Positions 30,642 to 40,971 of a stretch of DNA of 64,000 bases are shown here, piece after piece. A program made the position numbers and the translations under genes. The DNA is from an uncultured bacterium (GTDB lineage Bacteria; Patescibacteriota; Minisyncoccia; Phycocordibacterales; GWA1-40-21): the NCBI GenBank assembly GCA_903832855.1, contig CAILDB010000014.1, positions 144-64,143 on the forward strand, read 5' to 3'. A model generated the notes under the pieces. It did not search any database and had not been told where the DNA came from. It saw only the letters and a list, made by a program, of their open reading frames with translations. Each line of letters opens with the position of its first letter. Position 1 is the first letter of the stretch.

Positions 30642-31895
30642 ATGGACAAGAAAAAATCAATAATTTTAATACTCGGAGGAATAATAGTTATTTTAATAAT
30701 AGCTCTTTATTTTTATTTTAGAACTAGCACGGTCGCACCAGTTCCCGTAAATAATATACCAGACACTTCCACCGGTTTTGGCAACACATCTGCAAACATA
30801 AATACTTCAAATGGAAATGGTTTTGGTACTTCCTCAAATTCTTCTGGCACTTTAGTAAATAGTTCAACGACTCAAGCCCAACTCAAACAAATTTTTAGTG
30901 AACCAAATGCTGGAGCTGTAATATTTAAATCAGGCGGTGAAGAAAAAATTCGTTTGGTAGAAAAAAGCAATGGTCACATACAAGAGGCGAGCTTCGTTTC
31001 AAGTCAGGTGGTAAGAATTAGCAATACCACAATACCCAAAATATATGAAGCGCTCTGGGACAAAACAGGTGGAAAAGTGGTCTTGCGATACATAAAAGAT
31101 GAAACAGGAAAAATGCAAACATATTCCGCAAAAATAAATGTTTCCACTTCTACATCAAATGAATCCGTTGGCATTATTTCCGGAACATTTTTACCAGAAA
31201 ATATCCGCGAGCTTTCGGTAAACAAAAATATTTCTAAAGTATTTTACTTAATGGAAACGTCAAATGGGGGCTCTGCTGGCTTTACTGCAAACCTAGATGG
31301 CACCCAAAGCAAGCAGGTTTTTTCTTCCGAATTAAAAAACTGGAATATCGGATGGGCAGGGGACAACACTCTCTCGCTTTTGTCACGACCAAGTTATACT
31401 TTGAAAAATATTTTATTTTCTCAAAATGCTTCGGGTGGAAGTTTAGAAAAAATCATCGGCAATATGTATGGTATGACAACCCTTGTGGGAGATAATGGAA
31501 ATAAGGTGGTTTATTCTCAAAATGTGCGAAGTGTGCCAACTCTTGGATATTATAATGTAAAAACAGATGTAGATAATAACCTTTCTCTTAGCACAATCGC
31601 CGATAAATGTGTCTGGAGTAATGTGAGTGCAAATATCGTGTATTGTGCTGTTCCAAAGACGATGCCGAGATTTTCTTATCCTGATGACTGGTATAAAGGG
31701 AAGGTCTCTTTTTCTGATGATTTCTGGCAAATAAACTTGGATAATAATACAACAACCTTACTTTATCAGACGAAAGGCAATGAAAATGTAGATGCGACCA
31801 ACCTAATAGCAAGTGCAAAAGACGATTACATTGTATTTACAAACAAAAAAGACCTTTCTCTCTGGTCTTTCAAAACTTCTCCTCAAACAAACTAA
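30642..31895 (+). CDS. Membrane-anchored beta-propeller-like protein
   Basis: N-terminal TM, S/T/N linker, KCVW...YCAVP...PDDWY motif. Confidence 0.7.
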   Translation: MDKKKSIILILGGIIVILIIALYFYFRTSTVAPVPVNNIPDTSTGFGNTSANINTSNGNGFGTSSNSSGTLVNSSTTQAQLKQIFSEPNAGAVIFKSGGEEKIRLVEKSNGHIQEASFVSSQVVRISNTTIPKIYEALWDKTGGKVVLRYIKDETGKMQTYSAKINVSTSTSNESVGIISGTFLPENIRELSVNKNISKVFYLMETSNGGSAGFTANLDGTQSKQVFSSELKNWNIGWAGDNTLSLLSRPSYTLKNILFSQNASGGSLEKIIGNMYGMTTLVGDNGNKVVYSQNVRSVPTLGYYNVKTDVDNNLSLSTIADKCVWSNVSANIVYCAVPKTMPRFSYPDDWYKGKVSFSDDFWQINLDNNTTTLLYQTKGNENVDATNLIASAKDDYIVFTNKKDLSLWSFKTSPQTN

Positions 31896-31923
31896 TGGCA
31901 AGGTCAGACCTTGCCATTAGAGT

Positions 31924-32391
31924 TTAGTCTTTTACGTATTTTATTACTATTCTTCTAGAAAGTCCTTCGCCAACTGACTCGGTTTTTATATTTGCTTGTC
32001 CTGTAAGCACGCCGTGAACTACCAATCTTTCATATGATGACATTGGCTCCATTTCTACATCTACTTTCATATCTTTAGCTCTATTTGCAAGCATTATGGC
32101 TTGATTTTTTAGTCCCAAAATTTTACTTGAATGATAATCGTTTATATCAATAGCAAAAGTCGAAATAATCTCTTCTGTTCCTGCCTTTTTGGCAACCATT
32201 TTCTTTATCAAAAGGAAGAGTGCATTAAATGTTTCACCGTCTTCACCAATAAGAAGTCCGGACTCTTTTGTTTTTATGACAAAAATCTTTTTATTTGTTA
32301 TTTCATCAAATGTTTCTTCTATGGAATCAAAGGAAACACCCATACCTTTTACCATCTCCTCTATTATTTTTTTTATTTCTTCGTTTGTCAT
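31924..32391 (-). CDS. jag: Jag/KhpB KH-R3H RNA-binding protein
   Basis: LLIGEDGETFNAL, PMSSYERLVVH; downstream of yidC. Confidence 0.88.
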   Translation of the reverse strand: MTNEEIKKIIEEMVKGMGVSFDSIEETFDEITNKKIFVIKTKESGLLIGEDGETFNALFLLIKKMVAKKAGTEEIISTFAIDINDYHSSKILGLKNQAIMLANRAKDMKVDVEMEPMSSYERLVVHGVLTGQANIKTESVGEGLSRRIVIKYVKD

Positions 32392-33146
32392 ATTATTTTT
32401 GTTTTTAAATTATTTTCTGTTGCCATCTTTCCCCTCATATAAAACTCCTGTGCAACGGAGAAAAGGTTGGTAGTGATAAGATATATGGCAACTACGGCAG
32501 GGAAGCTGTTTGCGATAAAGAACATAAATACTGGCATAATGTATTTCATCTGGAAGCTCATGCTCTTTGCCAAATCCTCGCCCATACTTGGCTTTTTGTT
32601 TGGGTCTTTTTTAACAGGTTTTGTGGCGGGAACAGAAACTTGTATCTGCCAAAACTGTGTAAGTCCAGCAATAACAGCTAAAAGTGTGCTCTTGGCCATT
32701 GTGTCTATACCAAAAAAGAACATATTTACTGAGTTTGGCTCTGCCACAAAAGGATAGAGAATACTGTGGTCTATTTTGGGCAAACCGCCATTAAGAAAAA
32801 CATAATAAAGAGCAATAAGGACTGGCAACTGAAGGAGAATAAGCCCAATGCTTGCAAAAGGATTAACTTTCTTCTCTTTATAAAGCTTCATAATCTGAAC
32901 CGACTGCTCTTGTTTATTATCTTTGTATTTTTCTTTTATTGCCTCAATATCTGGCTCAATAAGCTTCATTTCAATCTGGGTTCTAACTGCCTTTTTTGAA
33001 AGGGGGAAGAGGATAACTCGCACGATGAAAGTAACGACAATTACGGCAAAACCAATGGAGAAATATGGAAAAGCACCGAGAATAGCTACCATAAAGTTAT
33101 AGATAGGAATGTAGAAGAAATTTTGAAAGGCAAAATGTATCATCAC
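32388..33146 (-). CDS. yidC: Membrane insertase YidC/Oxa1
   Basis: VRVILFPL, LYKEKKVNP, LLQLPVLIALY. Confidence 0.92.
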   Translation of the reverse strand: MMIHFAFQNFFYIPIYNFMVAILGAFPYFSIGFAVIVVTFIVRVILFPLSKKAVRTQIEMKLIEPDIEAIKEKYKDNKQEQSVQIMKLYKEKKVNPFASIGLILLQLPVLIALYYVFLNGGLPKIDHSILYPFVAEPNSVNMFFFGIDTMAKSTLLAVIAGLTQFWQIQVSVPATKPVKKDPNKKPSMGEDLAKSMSFQMKYIMPVFMFFIANSFPAVVAIYLITTNLFSVAQEFYMRGKMATENNLKTKII

Positions 33147-33179
33147 TAGATAATAGCAGATAAAGCCAAATATTCAAAT

Positions 33180-33521
33180 TTAAAAAAGTTTGTAAGTGTG
33201 TTCTAAAATTTTGTTTATTTCTAGAGCTACTTCGGAAAAACTTAGGGTGGGGGAGTTCTTTTTTGCAAGAATGACCGAATCAAACGACTTTTGGAAGGAA
33301 TTTTTTATAAATCTCTCAATAACTGATGTAATTCTCCTTTTTAATAGATGTCTGCCGGATGATTTCTTTTCGATTTTAATTGGGATTACTACTGCAAACC
33401 TTTGAAAAGAAAACTTGTTTGGCAAAAACTTCGCATAGAAAAAATCTGTATGAAAACTTTTGCCGGATTTCATAATCATTTCCATTTCTTCACGAGGAAC
33501 TCTAAATTTCTTAGATAACAT
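33180..33521 (-). CDS. rnpA: RNase P protein
   Basis: RFAVVI..KIEKKSSGRHLLKRRI; synteny with rpmH and yidC. Confidence 0.88.
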   Translation of the reverse strand: MLSKKFRVPREEMEMIMKSGKSFHTDFFYAKFLPNKFSFQRFAVVIPIKIEKKSSGRHLLKRRITSVIERFIKNSFQKSFDSVILAKKNSPTLSFSEVALEINKILEHTYKLF

Positions 33522-33656
33522 TTAGACCGTTACTTTTTTTCTACCTTTCTGTCTTCTTCTCTTAATAGTATTTCTGCCAAATTTTGAGCGAGATCTCACA
33601 AGAAAACCGTGAACTTTTGCTCTTTTCCTCTTTTTTGGTTGATATGTTACTGACAT
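33522..33656 (-). CDS. rpmH: 50S ribosomal protein L34 (not in ORF track)
   Basis: [44 protein letters not shown]. Confidence 0.95.
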   Translation of the reverse strand: MSVTYQPKKRKRAKVHGFLVRSRSKFGRNTIKRRRQKGRKKVTV

Positions 33657-33696
33657 ACAGACAATATAGCGTATTTAAAAAAGTAAGTCAAATTTA

Positions 33697-33797
33697 ATTT
33701 TTTAAAAACAGACCCGCAACAAAGTGTCTAAAAAGTGTCCCTGGCCGGACTTGGGACACTTTTAGGCATTTTGTGAAGGGGATGGTTTAAAAAAATT
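33697..33797. repeat. Hairpin element family C copy 2
   Basis: Core at 33737-33757 in the rpmH-dnaA intergenic region. Confidence 0.8.
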
Positions 33798-33907
33798 AAT
33801 CGTAACTATTAATAAAAATTATCCACATTTTATAAACATCTTATGAACATATTTTTGTTTTTATGGATAGTCCTTTTGTTTATAATTCAGTATATAATAA
33901 CTAAGAA

Positions 33908-35248
33908 ATGTTAGACAACAAAACACTTTGGAATAATGTTCTCGCGGGGATGGAGCTTGATTTATCAAAGGCAAATTTTAGTATGTGGTTTAAAGAAACA
34001 TACATACAAAAGCAAGAAGACGGGACTATTTTTCTTGCCGTCCCAAATGTTTTTGTAAAGGATTGGCTTTTTAATAAATACCATAAAGATATTTTGAAAA
34101 ATTTGAGAAATTTTGGCGAACATATCCGAGCGATACAATATACTATTGCAAAAGAAGAGTCTAAACATGTAAGCGGGGAAGTAAAAGTGAATATAAATCA
34201 CAACGAGCTTCCTTTGAACGATTTTTATATTAATAAAGAAGATAATCTAAATCCAAAATATACATTTGAAACATTCGTAGTCGGACCTTTCAATGAGCTC
34301 GCTCACGCCGCCTCTCAAGCAATATTAAAAAATCCAGTTGTCTACAATCCTCTTTTTATTTATGGAAGCACCGGCCACGGTAAGACACATTTGATTCAAG
34401 CTGTTGGAAATTATATTAAGACCGCTGACCCGACAAAGAAAATCTTTTATATGACATCGGAAAAATTTGTGAATGATTATTTAAATGCACTAAATAATGG
34501 CAGTGTAAATAATTTTAAGGAAAAATACAGAAAATATGACCTACTTATCATAGACGACATCCAATTTTTATCAAAAAAGGATAAATCACAGGAAGAATTC
34601 TTCCATTTATTCAATAATTTTCATGATAGTGGCAAACAACTTATTTTTTCATCGGACAAACACCCGAATTTTATTCCCGATATAGAAGACCGTATAAAAT
34701 CAAGGTTTAATGCAGGCATGATTGTGGAAATACAAAAACCGGACTTTGAATCAAGAATACAAATATTCAAAAAGAAGGCTGTGATGATGAATTTATCCAT
34801 TTCAAACGATGTTATAGAGCACCTAGCCTATTCTATTGAGGGAAACATAAGAGAGCTCGAGGGGGTTTTAAATATTATTCTTTGTCAGACACAACTAAAA
34901 AATAAAGAATTAAATATAGGCGAAATCAAGGAGCTTATTAAAAATACAGCGAAACCAAAAAAAATAAGGTCACCCAAAGAGGTAATAAAAACAGTTGCAG
35001 AATTTTATGGACTAAAAGAAGAAGAAATTTATGAAAAGGGTAGGAAGAAAGAGATAATAAAACCAAGACAGGTGGTAATGTATATGTTAAGAGAGATTTT
35101 AGACATTTCTTTTCCGTCAATTGGTGATAAAGTAGGGAACAGAAATCACTCCACGGTCATTCACTCTTACGAAAAAATTAAAAATGATATGAAAACAGAC
35201 GCCGAGCTTGCTGGAGAGATAAATCAAATACACGCAATGCTTAAATGA
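33908..35248 (+). CDS. dnaA: Chromosomal replication initiator DnaA
   Basis: LNPKYTFETFVVG, YNPLFIYGSTGHGKTHL, IDDIQF, RNHSTVIH. Confidence 0.98.
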   Translation: MLDNKTLWNNVLAGMELDLSKANFSMWFKETYIQKQEDGTIFLAVPNVFVKDWLFNKYHKDILKNLRNFGEHIRAIQYTIAKEESKHVSGEVKVNINHNELPLNDFYINKEDNLNPKYTFETFVVGPFNELAHAASQAILKNPVVYNPLFIYGSTGHGKTHLIQAVGNYIKTADPTKKIFYMTSEKFVNDYLNALNNGSVNNFKEKYRKYDLLIIDDIQFLSKKDKSQEEFFHLFNNFHDSGKQLIFSSDKHPNFIPDIEDRIKSRFNAGMIVEIQKPDFESRIQIFKKKAVMMNLSISNDVIEHLAYSIEGNIRELEGVLNIILCQTQLKNKELNIGEIKELIKNTAKPKKIRSPKEVIKTVAEFYGLKEEEIYEKGRKKEIIKPRQVVMYMLREILDISFPSIGDKVGNRNHSTVIHSYEKIKNDMKTDAELAGEINQIHAMLK

Positions 35249-35466
35249 TGGGGATAACCTGTGGAAAACACCCGGAAAAACTGTGAGTAAAGATACGACT
35301 TATCAACAATAAAAATTATTTTAAAAACAATAGAAAAAGTATCCACATTTAAAACACAATTTAACAAAAAATAGTTACTTAAATAGGTTGCAAAATAATG
35401 ATATAATGAGATATACACAAATAAACAACAATAGTAGTATAAATTCTCTATAATAAAAAAAATAAT
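35249..35466. promoter_or_regulatory. Probable oriC
   Basis: DnaA-box-like TGGGGATAA 35249, TGTGGAAAA 35260, TTATCAACA 35300, GTATCCACA 35339 followed by a very AT-rich stretch; TTATCCACA at 33819 upstream of dnaA. Confidence 0.75.
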
Positions 35467-36570
35467 ATGAAAATAGAATGTATAAAAGAAAAATTACAGA
35501 TTGCTGTTTCAAAGACCGAAAAAGTTTCCGGTAAAAACCTTACACTTCCTGTTTTGTCTTGTTTATTATTTGAAACCAAAAAAAACCAACTTCTCATTAA
35601 ATCCACCAACCTTGATCTTGGAATGGAGATTTCTATCCCAGTGAAAGTGATAGAAGAGGGAATTGTGGCTATTCCGGCGCAAGTTTTGAATAATTTTCTA
35701 AACAACCTTGAAGATGACAAGTCTATTACGATAGAAACGGTTGAAAACAACAATGTAAAAATTCATACATCTACAAATAAAGCGATGATAAAGACTATGG
35801 CACAAGAAGATTTTCCTACAATTCCGGTAATAGATGGTGATAAGAAATTTAAAATAAATTCCAGAGATTTGATAAAAGGTTTGAGATCCGTTTCATACAG
35901 TTCCTCGGTTTCTACTATAAAACCCGAACTTTCTAGTGTTTATGTTCATTCAAATGACGAAGAAATTGTTTTTGTCGCCACAGATTCCTTCAGACTTGCA
36001 GAAAAGAAAGTAAAAATTAAAAAGCCACTTGATTTTGGTTCAGTATTGATCCCATTTAAAAATGCAATTGAGATAATGAGAGTTTTTGATGGTGTGGATG
36101 ACGACATAGAAGTGAGTGTTACAAAAAACCAAGCATCTTTTGTATATGACGGTATGTATATTGTCTCTAGGGTTGTGGACGGAGCTTTCCCTGATTACAA
36201 ACAAATTATTCCAAAAGAGTTTAAAACCCAAGCAACGGTTTTGAAACAAGATTTAATTAACACCTTAAAATTATCAAACATTTTTTCCGACAATTTCAGT
36301 CAGATAAATGTAAAAATCACCCCAAGAGATAAAACTTTTGCTATAAAAACAAAAAATTCAAATGTTGGTGAAAACACAAACAACATTGAGTCGGTTTTGG
36401 AAGGTGAAGATGTGGAAATAAACTTTAACTACCGTTACATCCTAGACTGCCTTTCTTTTGTGGATTCAGATAGTGTCATCTTGTCATTTAATGGCTTAAC
36501 AAGGCCAATGGTTATCCGTGGTACATCCGACAAGTCATTTACATATCTCGTAATGCCTATGAACAGATAA
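35467..36570 (+). CDS. dnaN: DNA polymerase III beta clamp
   Basis: ATDSFRLA, GAFPDYKQIIP, YLVMPM. Confidence 0.97.
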   Translation: MKIECIKEKLQIAVSKTEKVSGKNLTLPVLSCLLFETKKNQLLIKSTNLDLGMEISIPVKVIEEGIVAIPAQVLNNFLNNLEDDKSITIETVENNNVKIHTSTNKAMIKTMAQEDFPTIPVIDGDKKFKINSRDLIKGLRSVSYSSSVSTIKPELSSVYVHSNDEEIVFVATDSFRLAEKKVKIKKPLDFGSVLIPFKNAIEIMRVFDGVDDDIEVSVTKNQASFVYDGMYIVSRVVDGAFPDYKQIIPKEFKTQATVLKQDLINTLKLSNIFSDNFSQINVKITPRDKTFAIKTKNSNVGENTNNIESVLEGEDVEINFNYRYILDCLSFVDSDSVILSFNGLTRPMVIRGTSDKSFTYLVMPMNR

Positions 36571-36824
36571 TGTTAAATATCTCTGGTTTTTTTGATAAAT
36601 TTTTACAACTTTCTGCGACAAACGATTTTTTAAAGAAAACTGTCGCAGACGCTATTTTTTCTGTGACCGGATTTCAGCTTGATTTAAAAGACATTGAAAT
36701 ATCAGGCAAAAAAGCAAAAATAAAACAATCACCCGTCCTAAAAACCGAACTTTTCCTGAAAAAAGAAAAAATATTGCAAAAACTCTTGGAACTGAAGAAT
36801 GAGACAACTAAAGAAATATCTTAA
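36570..36824 (+). CDS. Small protein, possibly DciA/DUF721-like
   Basis: Coupled to the dnaN stop; SPVLKTELFLKKEKILQKL motif. Confidence 0.5.
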   Translation: MLNISGFFDKFLQLSATNDFLKKTVADAIFSVTGFQLDLKDIEISGKKAKIKQSPVLKTELFLKKEKILQKLLELKNETTKEIS

Positions 36825-36993
36825 AGGAAAATGAGATTAAAAATTTTGTTAGGGGTGGCGATCCTGTTCCTTTTGAACTGACTTGGGAGGCTGACTGAGC
36901 CGAGCACGAGGAATTTTTTAGCAAAAAAATATCCGTGCAGTTCAAAAGGAATAGGTCGACAGGACCCCGTGAAATTTTTAATCTCATTTTCCT
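36825..36993. repeat. Hairpin element family A copy 1
   Basis: 22-bp terminal IR; ~120-bp core shared with 40813-40971. Confidence 0.9.
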
Positions 36994-39522
36994 CTAATTC
37001 GTATTAAACAAAATAGTTTTTTCTGCTTTATTATAGACAGTGTCGGAGACGATGACTTTCAGCTCGTTATTTATTGGTTTTAAATTATTTGTTTCGCTTG
37101 GGACAAAGGAAATGTTGAAAGGAACATTTTTTGATGTGCCGAGATACTGACCATTTAGATAAAAATCAGCTTTTGCTGGGGCGTATTTAGAAACCACAGA
37201 AACTATCGGAGTCATTCTTTGGTCTTTGTTATAAATAGTATTTTCTGTCGGAGCGAGGAAAGTTATTTGTGGAAGGTTCGCCACTGTATGCACATCATCT
37301 GTTTGTGTTGGCTTTGTACTTGGTGTAATAGGGTTTGATAAAAGCCATTTTTGCACTGAATATTCCCAGTGCGAATATTGCATATCATCGTTTGGGTTTG
37401 CTAGTGCCGGACCGAGGGGATTATTTTTATCTACCCAGAATAATAACGAATGAATGTTCGTAACAGATTTTTCTACTCTAGTTTCTGGCGGAGTCAGGTC
37501 TGTCGCAAGTTTGCCGGAAATTTTGTCTATAAAATAAGTTTCATTTCCTTGCCACAAACCACGAAGAACGGGTTTAAGGTTTTGATCTGTCTGCGGAGGA
37601 GTAGGGAATTGTTCCACAGGCATATTTGGTAAAACCGTGTCCATAAAAGCTCTCCACATTGGAGCGATAATCATACCCGCCACCTTTTTTTCCATCGGAG
37701 AGTTATCATTGTTTCCTGCCCACGCGCCCACTGCCAAACTTGGCGTGTATCCGACTATCCAAACATCTTTGTAATCGTTTGTGGTACCGGTTTTTACTGC
37801 AACTGGTCTGCCAGGAAAATAAAGTGGAGAATTTTCTCCGTATGCGGGGGTTCTCGCGATATTATCTGTCAAAATATCAGAAATCTCTGCAGCGATATTT
37901 CCATCAAGAACGCTCACAGACCTTGGTTTATAATTTTCTATTATATTTCCGTTTTTATCTGTGACTGAAATTATAGAGACATAAGGGTTTCTTACTCCAT
38001 CATTTGCAAAAACGCCGTATGCGCTAGTAAGATCAAGAGGCGAGACCTCTCCACCTCCGAGGACGAGTGTGAGACCATATTGATCTGGATTATTTGATAA
38101 AGTTGTAATCCCCATATCCTGCGCTATTTTGATTGAGTCCCTTATTCCAGTAAGATAAAGCGTTTCTACCGATGGAATATTTCTGGATTGTGCAAGAGCG
38201 TCCCTTAGGGTCATTGGGCCAAGATAAAGTCCGTCATAATCGTCTGGCATATAACATTGCTTTGGATCACCGGATGGATTTATTGGGTTTCCGTCAGGAG
38301 TACAAGTGCTTTGGAATTCTGTCGGAACATCAAATAAAACAGTATCTGGAGTGTAACCTTTTTCAAAAGCAGTCGCATAAACAAAAGGTTTAAATGTAGA
38401 ACCCGGCTGTCTGTTTGCTATAGCAACATTGAAGTTTCCGTCTATCGCCTTATCAAAATAGTCACGAGAGCCCACCATTGATAAGATTTGCCCTGTTTTA
38501 GGGTCTATGGCCACAAGTGCCGCATTCTCTGCATTGAAAGCCACCTCATTTTTTAGGGCATATTCTTTGACCACGGCTTCAGCTTTTGTTTGCATATCAT
38601 AGTCTAGGGTTGTGATGACCTTATAGCCATTTACTGCTACCGCCTCTTCTCCATATTTATTAGTTAGATATTGTTTTACAAATTCCACAAAATGCGGAGC
38701 TCGAATACCAAAAGGATCTCGGGGTTGAAAGACAACCTTCTCATTTTTTGCTGAAGCGAATTCTTCTTTCGTAATAAATTTATTGTCTAGCATTTTTTGT
38801 AGAACAAGATTTTTTCTTATTTCAAGTCGTGCCATATTGTTGCCATATGGAGAATAAAAAGTTGGTGCTTGTGGTATTGCTGCGAGATATGCCGCCTCGG
38901 CGAGAGTGATATCGGCAGAACTTTTTCCAAAAAACATACGGCTTGCTTCTTCCACACCATAAATATTTCCTCCATAAGGGGTTTCATTTAAATAGACAGA
39001 AAGAATTTGATCTTTGGAATAAATTTGTTCTATTTTTAGGGAAAGGTAAAGTTCTTTGATTTTTCTTGCGATACTTTTGTCTGTCGTTAGAAGTGTGTTT
39101 TTTACAACCTGCTGAGTGATAGTAGAGCCACCTTGTGCATATCCTCCAGAAAAGAAGTTTGCTAAAGTTGCTCTGATCAAAGAAGTAATTCTTATGCCGT
39201 GATGACTATAAAATTCTGCGTCTTCAATCGCGACTGATGCGTTTTTAATATTTCTTGAAATTGTGTCAAAAGGTACTGCAGTTCTCTTGGTTCCTTGGTT
39301 GACATCATAAAGGAGAATTTTGCCGGTTCTGTCATAAATTTTCGTTGATTCTGCCACTTTTCTTGTCTCAAAAGAGTCCAAATCAGGCATTGTGAGAGTG
39401 GAAAGCCAGAAGGCGAGGATGCCGACAGTCAAAAAACCAAGAGTTAATATTCCAAAAACAGCTATTTTTATCCACTTCCTTGTTTTTTTGTGTAGGCGAA
39501 GATATTTTTGCTTGATTGTCAT
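36994..39522 (-). CDS. Class A penicillin-binding protein (PBP1A)
   Basis: AIEDAEFYSH, GGSTITQQ, QPGSTFKP, SRN, KTGT. Confidence 0.95.
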   Translation of the reverse strand: MTIKQKYLRLHKKTRKWIKIAVFGILTLGFLTVGILAFWLSTLTMPDLDSFETRKVAESTKIYDRTGKILLYDVNQGTKRTAVPFDTISRNIKNASVAIEDAEFYSHHGIRITSLIRATLANFFSGGYAQGGSTITQQVVKNTLLTTDKSIARKIKELYLSLKIEQIYSKDQILSVYLNETPYGGNIYGVEEASRMFFGKSSADITLAEAAYLAAIPQAPTFYSPYGNNMARLEIRKNLVLQKMLDNKFITKEEFASAKNEKVVFQPRDPFGIRAPHFVEFVKQYLTNKYGEEAVAVNGYKVITTLDYDMQTKAEAVVKEYALKNEVAFNAENAALVAIDPKTGQILSMVGSRDYFDKAIDGNFNVAIANRQPGSTFKPFVYATAFEKGYTPDTVLFDVPTEFQSTCTPDGNPINPSGDPKQCYMPDDYDGLYLGPMTLRDALAQSRNIPSVETLYLTGIRDSIKIAQDMGITTLSNNPDQYGLTLVLGGGEVSPLDLTSAYGVFANDGVRNPYVSIISVTDKNGNIIENYKPRSVSVLDGNIAAEISDILTDNIARTPAYGENSPLYFPGRPVAVKTGTTNDYKDVWIVGYTPSLAVGAWAGNNDNSPMEKKVAGMIIAPMWRAFMDTVLPNMPVEQFPTPPQTDQNLKPVLRGLWQGNETYFIDKISGKLATDLTPPETRVEKSVTNIHSLLFWVDKNNPLGPALANPNDDMQYSHWEYSVQKWLLSNPITPSTKPTQTDDVHTVANLPQITFLAPTENTIYNKDQRMTPIVSVVSKYAPAKADFYLNGQYLGTSKNVPFNISFVPSETNNLKPINNELKVIVSDTVYNKAEKTILFNTN

Positions 39523-39592
39523 TCTCAAAATGATACCACAAAAATGAAACCTTAGACAGGACAAAAAACTTTTCTTGTGATATATTTTAGGG

Positions 39593-40807
39593 ATGAAAAT
39601 AGACACAGATGAGAAAAAAATAGATGAATTATTAACCCGCAGTGTTGTTAGTATTCTTCCGTCTAAGGACGATTTTAAAAAACTTTTATTAAGTGGCAAG
39701 AAATTAAGGATTTATGTTGGTGCAGATGCTACTGGAGCAAAGTTACACATAGGACATTCAACTAATTTTATGATTCTGGAAAAGTTTAGACAACTTGGCC
39801 ATGAAGTGATTATTTTATTCGGAGATTTTACTGCAAAAATTGGAGACCCTAGTGGTAAAGATAATGCTAGAAAACCACTGACAGATAATGAAGTCAAACA
39901 AAATCTAAAAACATGGGAAAAACAGCTAGGCAAAATTATAAAAATCAGTCATTTTAATAATGGAGCAAAAGTTGTCAGAAATAGTGAATGGCTTTCAAAA
40001 ATGAATTTTTCCGATGTAGTAAAATTGGCTTCAAACTTTACTGTTCAGCAAATGATGGAGAGGGATATGTTTCAAAAAAGATTGGAAGAAAAGAAACCTA
40101 TTTATTTGCATGAATTTTTTTATCCACTAATGCAAGGGCAGGATTCTGTGGTCTTGGATGTGGATGTAGAAATTGGGGGCAACGACCAAACCTTTAATAT
40201 GCTTGCTGGGCGAACCTTACAAAAAATTGCAAGAAATAAAGAAAAATTTGTGATGCCAACTACATTATTAATTAATCCTAAAACTGGGAAAAAATTGATG
40301 AGTAAGAGTGAAGGGAATGTAATTGGTTTGGATGATGAGTATAATGATATGTTCGGTAAGGCAATGTCCTTGCCAGACGAAACAATCATTTCCGTTTTTG
40401 TTGATTGTACTTATGTCTCAATGGAAGAAGTTGAAAAAATAAAAAAAGAAATGGAAAGCGGGGCCAATCCGCGAGACGCTAAGCTAAAATTAGCAAAAGA
40501 AATCGTGACTATTTATCATGGAAAAGATATGGCTGAAAAAGCCGAGCAGAATTTTATAAATACTTTTAAAAAAGGCGGATTGCCAGAGAATTTAGAGGAG
40601 GTAAAAGTGGTAGCGGGGGAATTGCTAGGCAAAATTCTTGTTTCAGGAGGGATTGTTTCTTCCAACACTGATTTTAGAAGACTCGTGGGAGAAGGAGCGG
40701 TCTCTGATGTAGTATCTGGAGAAAAAATAGAAAAAGTTGACTTTAAAATTGAAAAAAGTATAGTAGTGAAAGTCGGAAAAAAGAGGTTTGTAAAAATTGT
40801 TATTTAA
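39593..40807 (+). CDS. tyrS: Tyrosyl-tRNA synthetase
   Basis: LHIGH, YPLMQGQD, GGNDQTFN, LMSKS, S4-like tail. Confidence 0.95.
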   Translation: MKIDTDEKKIDELLTRSVVSILPSKDDFKKLLLSGKKLRIYVGADATGAKLHIGHSTNFMILEKFRQLGHEVIILFGDFTAKIGDPSGKDNARKPLTDNEVKQNLKTWEKQLGKIIKISHFNNGAKVVRNSEWLSKMNFSDVVKLASNFTVQQMMERDMFQKRLEEKKPIYLHEFFYPLMQGQDSVVLDVDVEIGGNDQTFNMLAGRTLQKIARNKEKFVMPTTLLINPKTGKKLMSKSEGNVIGLDDEYNDMFGKAMSLPDETIISVFVDCTYVSMEEVEKIKKEMESGANPRDAKLKLAKEIVTIYHGKDMAEKAEQNFINTFKKGGLPENLEEVKVVAGELLGKILVSGGIVSSNTDFRRLVGEGAVSDVVSGEKIEKVDFKIEKSIVVKVGKKRFVKIVI

Positions 40808-40812
40808 GATCT

Positions 40813-40971
40813 GATAAATCAAAAAATTTTGCTAGGGGTGGCGATCCTGTTCCTTTTGAACTGACTTGGGAGCGCGACTGGCGCGAGCACGAGGAATTTT
40901 TTAGCAAAAAAATATCCGTGCAGTTCAAAAGGAATAGGTCGACAGGACCCCGTGAAATTTTTTGATTTATC
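40813..40971. repeat. Hairpin element family A copy 2
   Basis: 17-bp terminal IR differing from copy 1; same core. Confidence 0.9.

Noticed and set aside
39523-39699. Extended N-termini in the ORF track (pbp1A, pilB 47466, dksA 11071, tsaE 47496, RT 54108)
   Set aside because: Overlap neighbouring genes or promoters; downstream ATGs fit better
36994-40807. Composite transposon carrying pbp1A-tyrS between family A repeats
   Set aside because: Core housekeeping cargo, no transposase, differing termini, no target duplication
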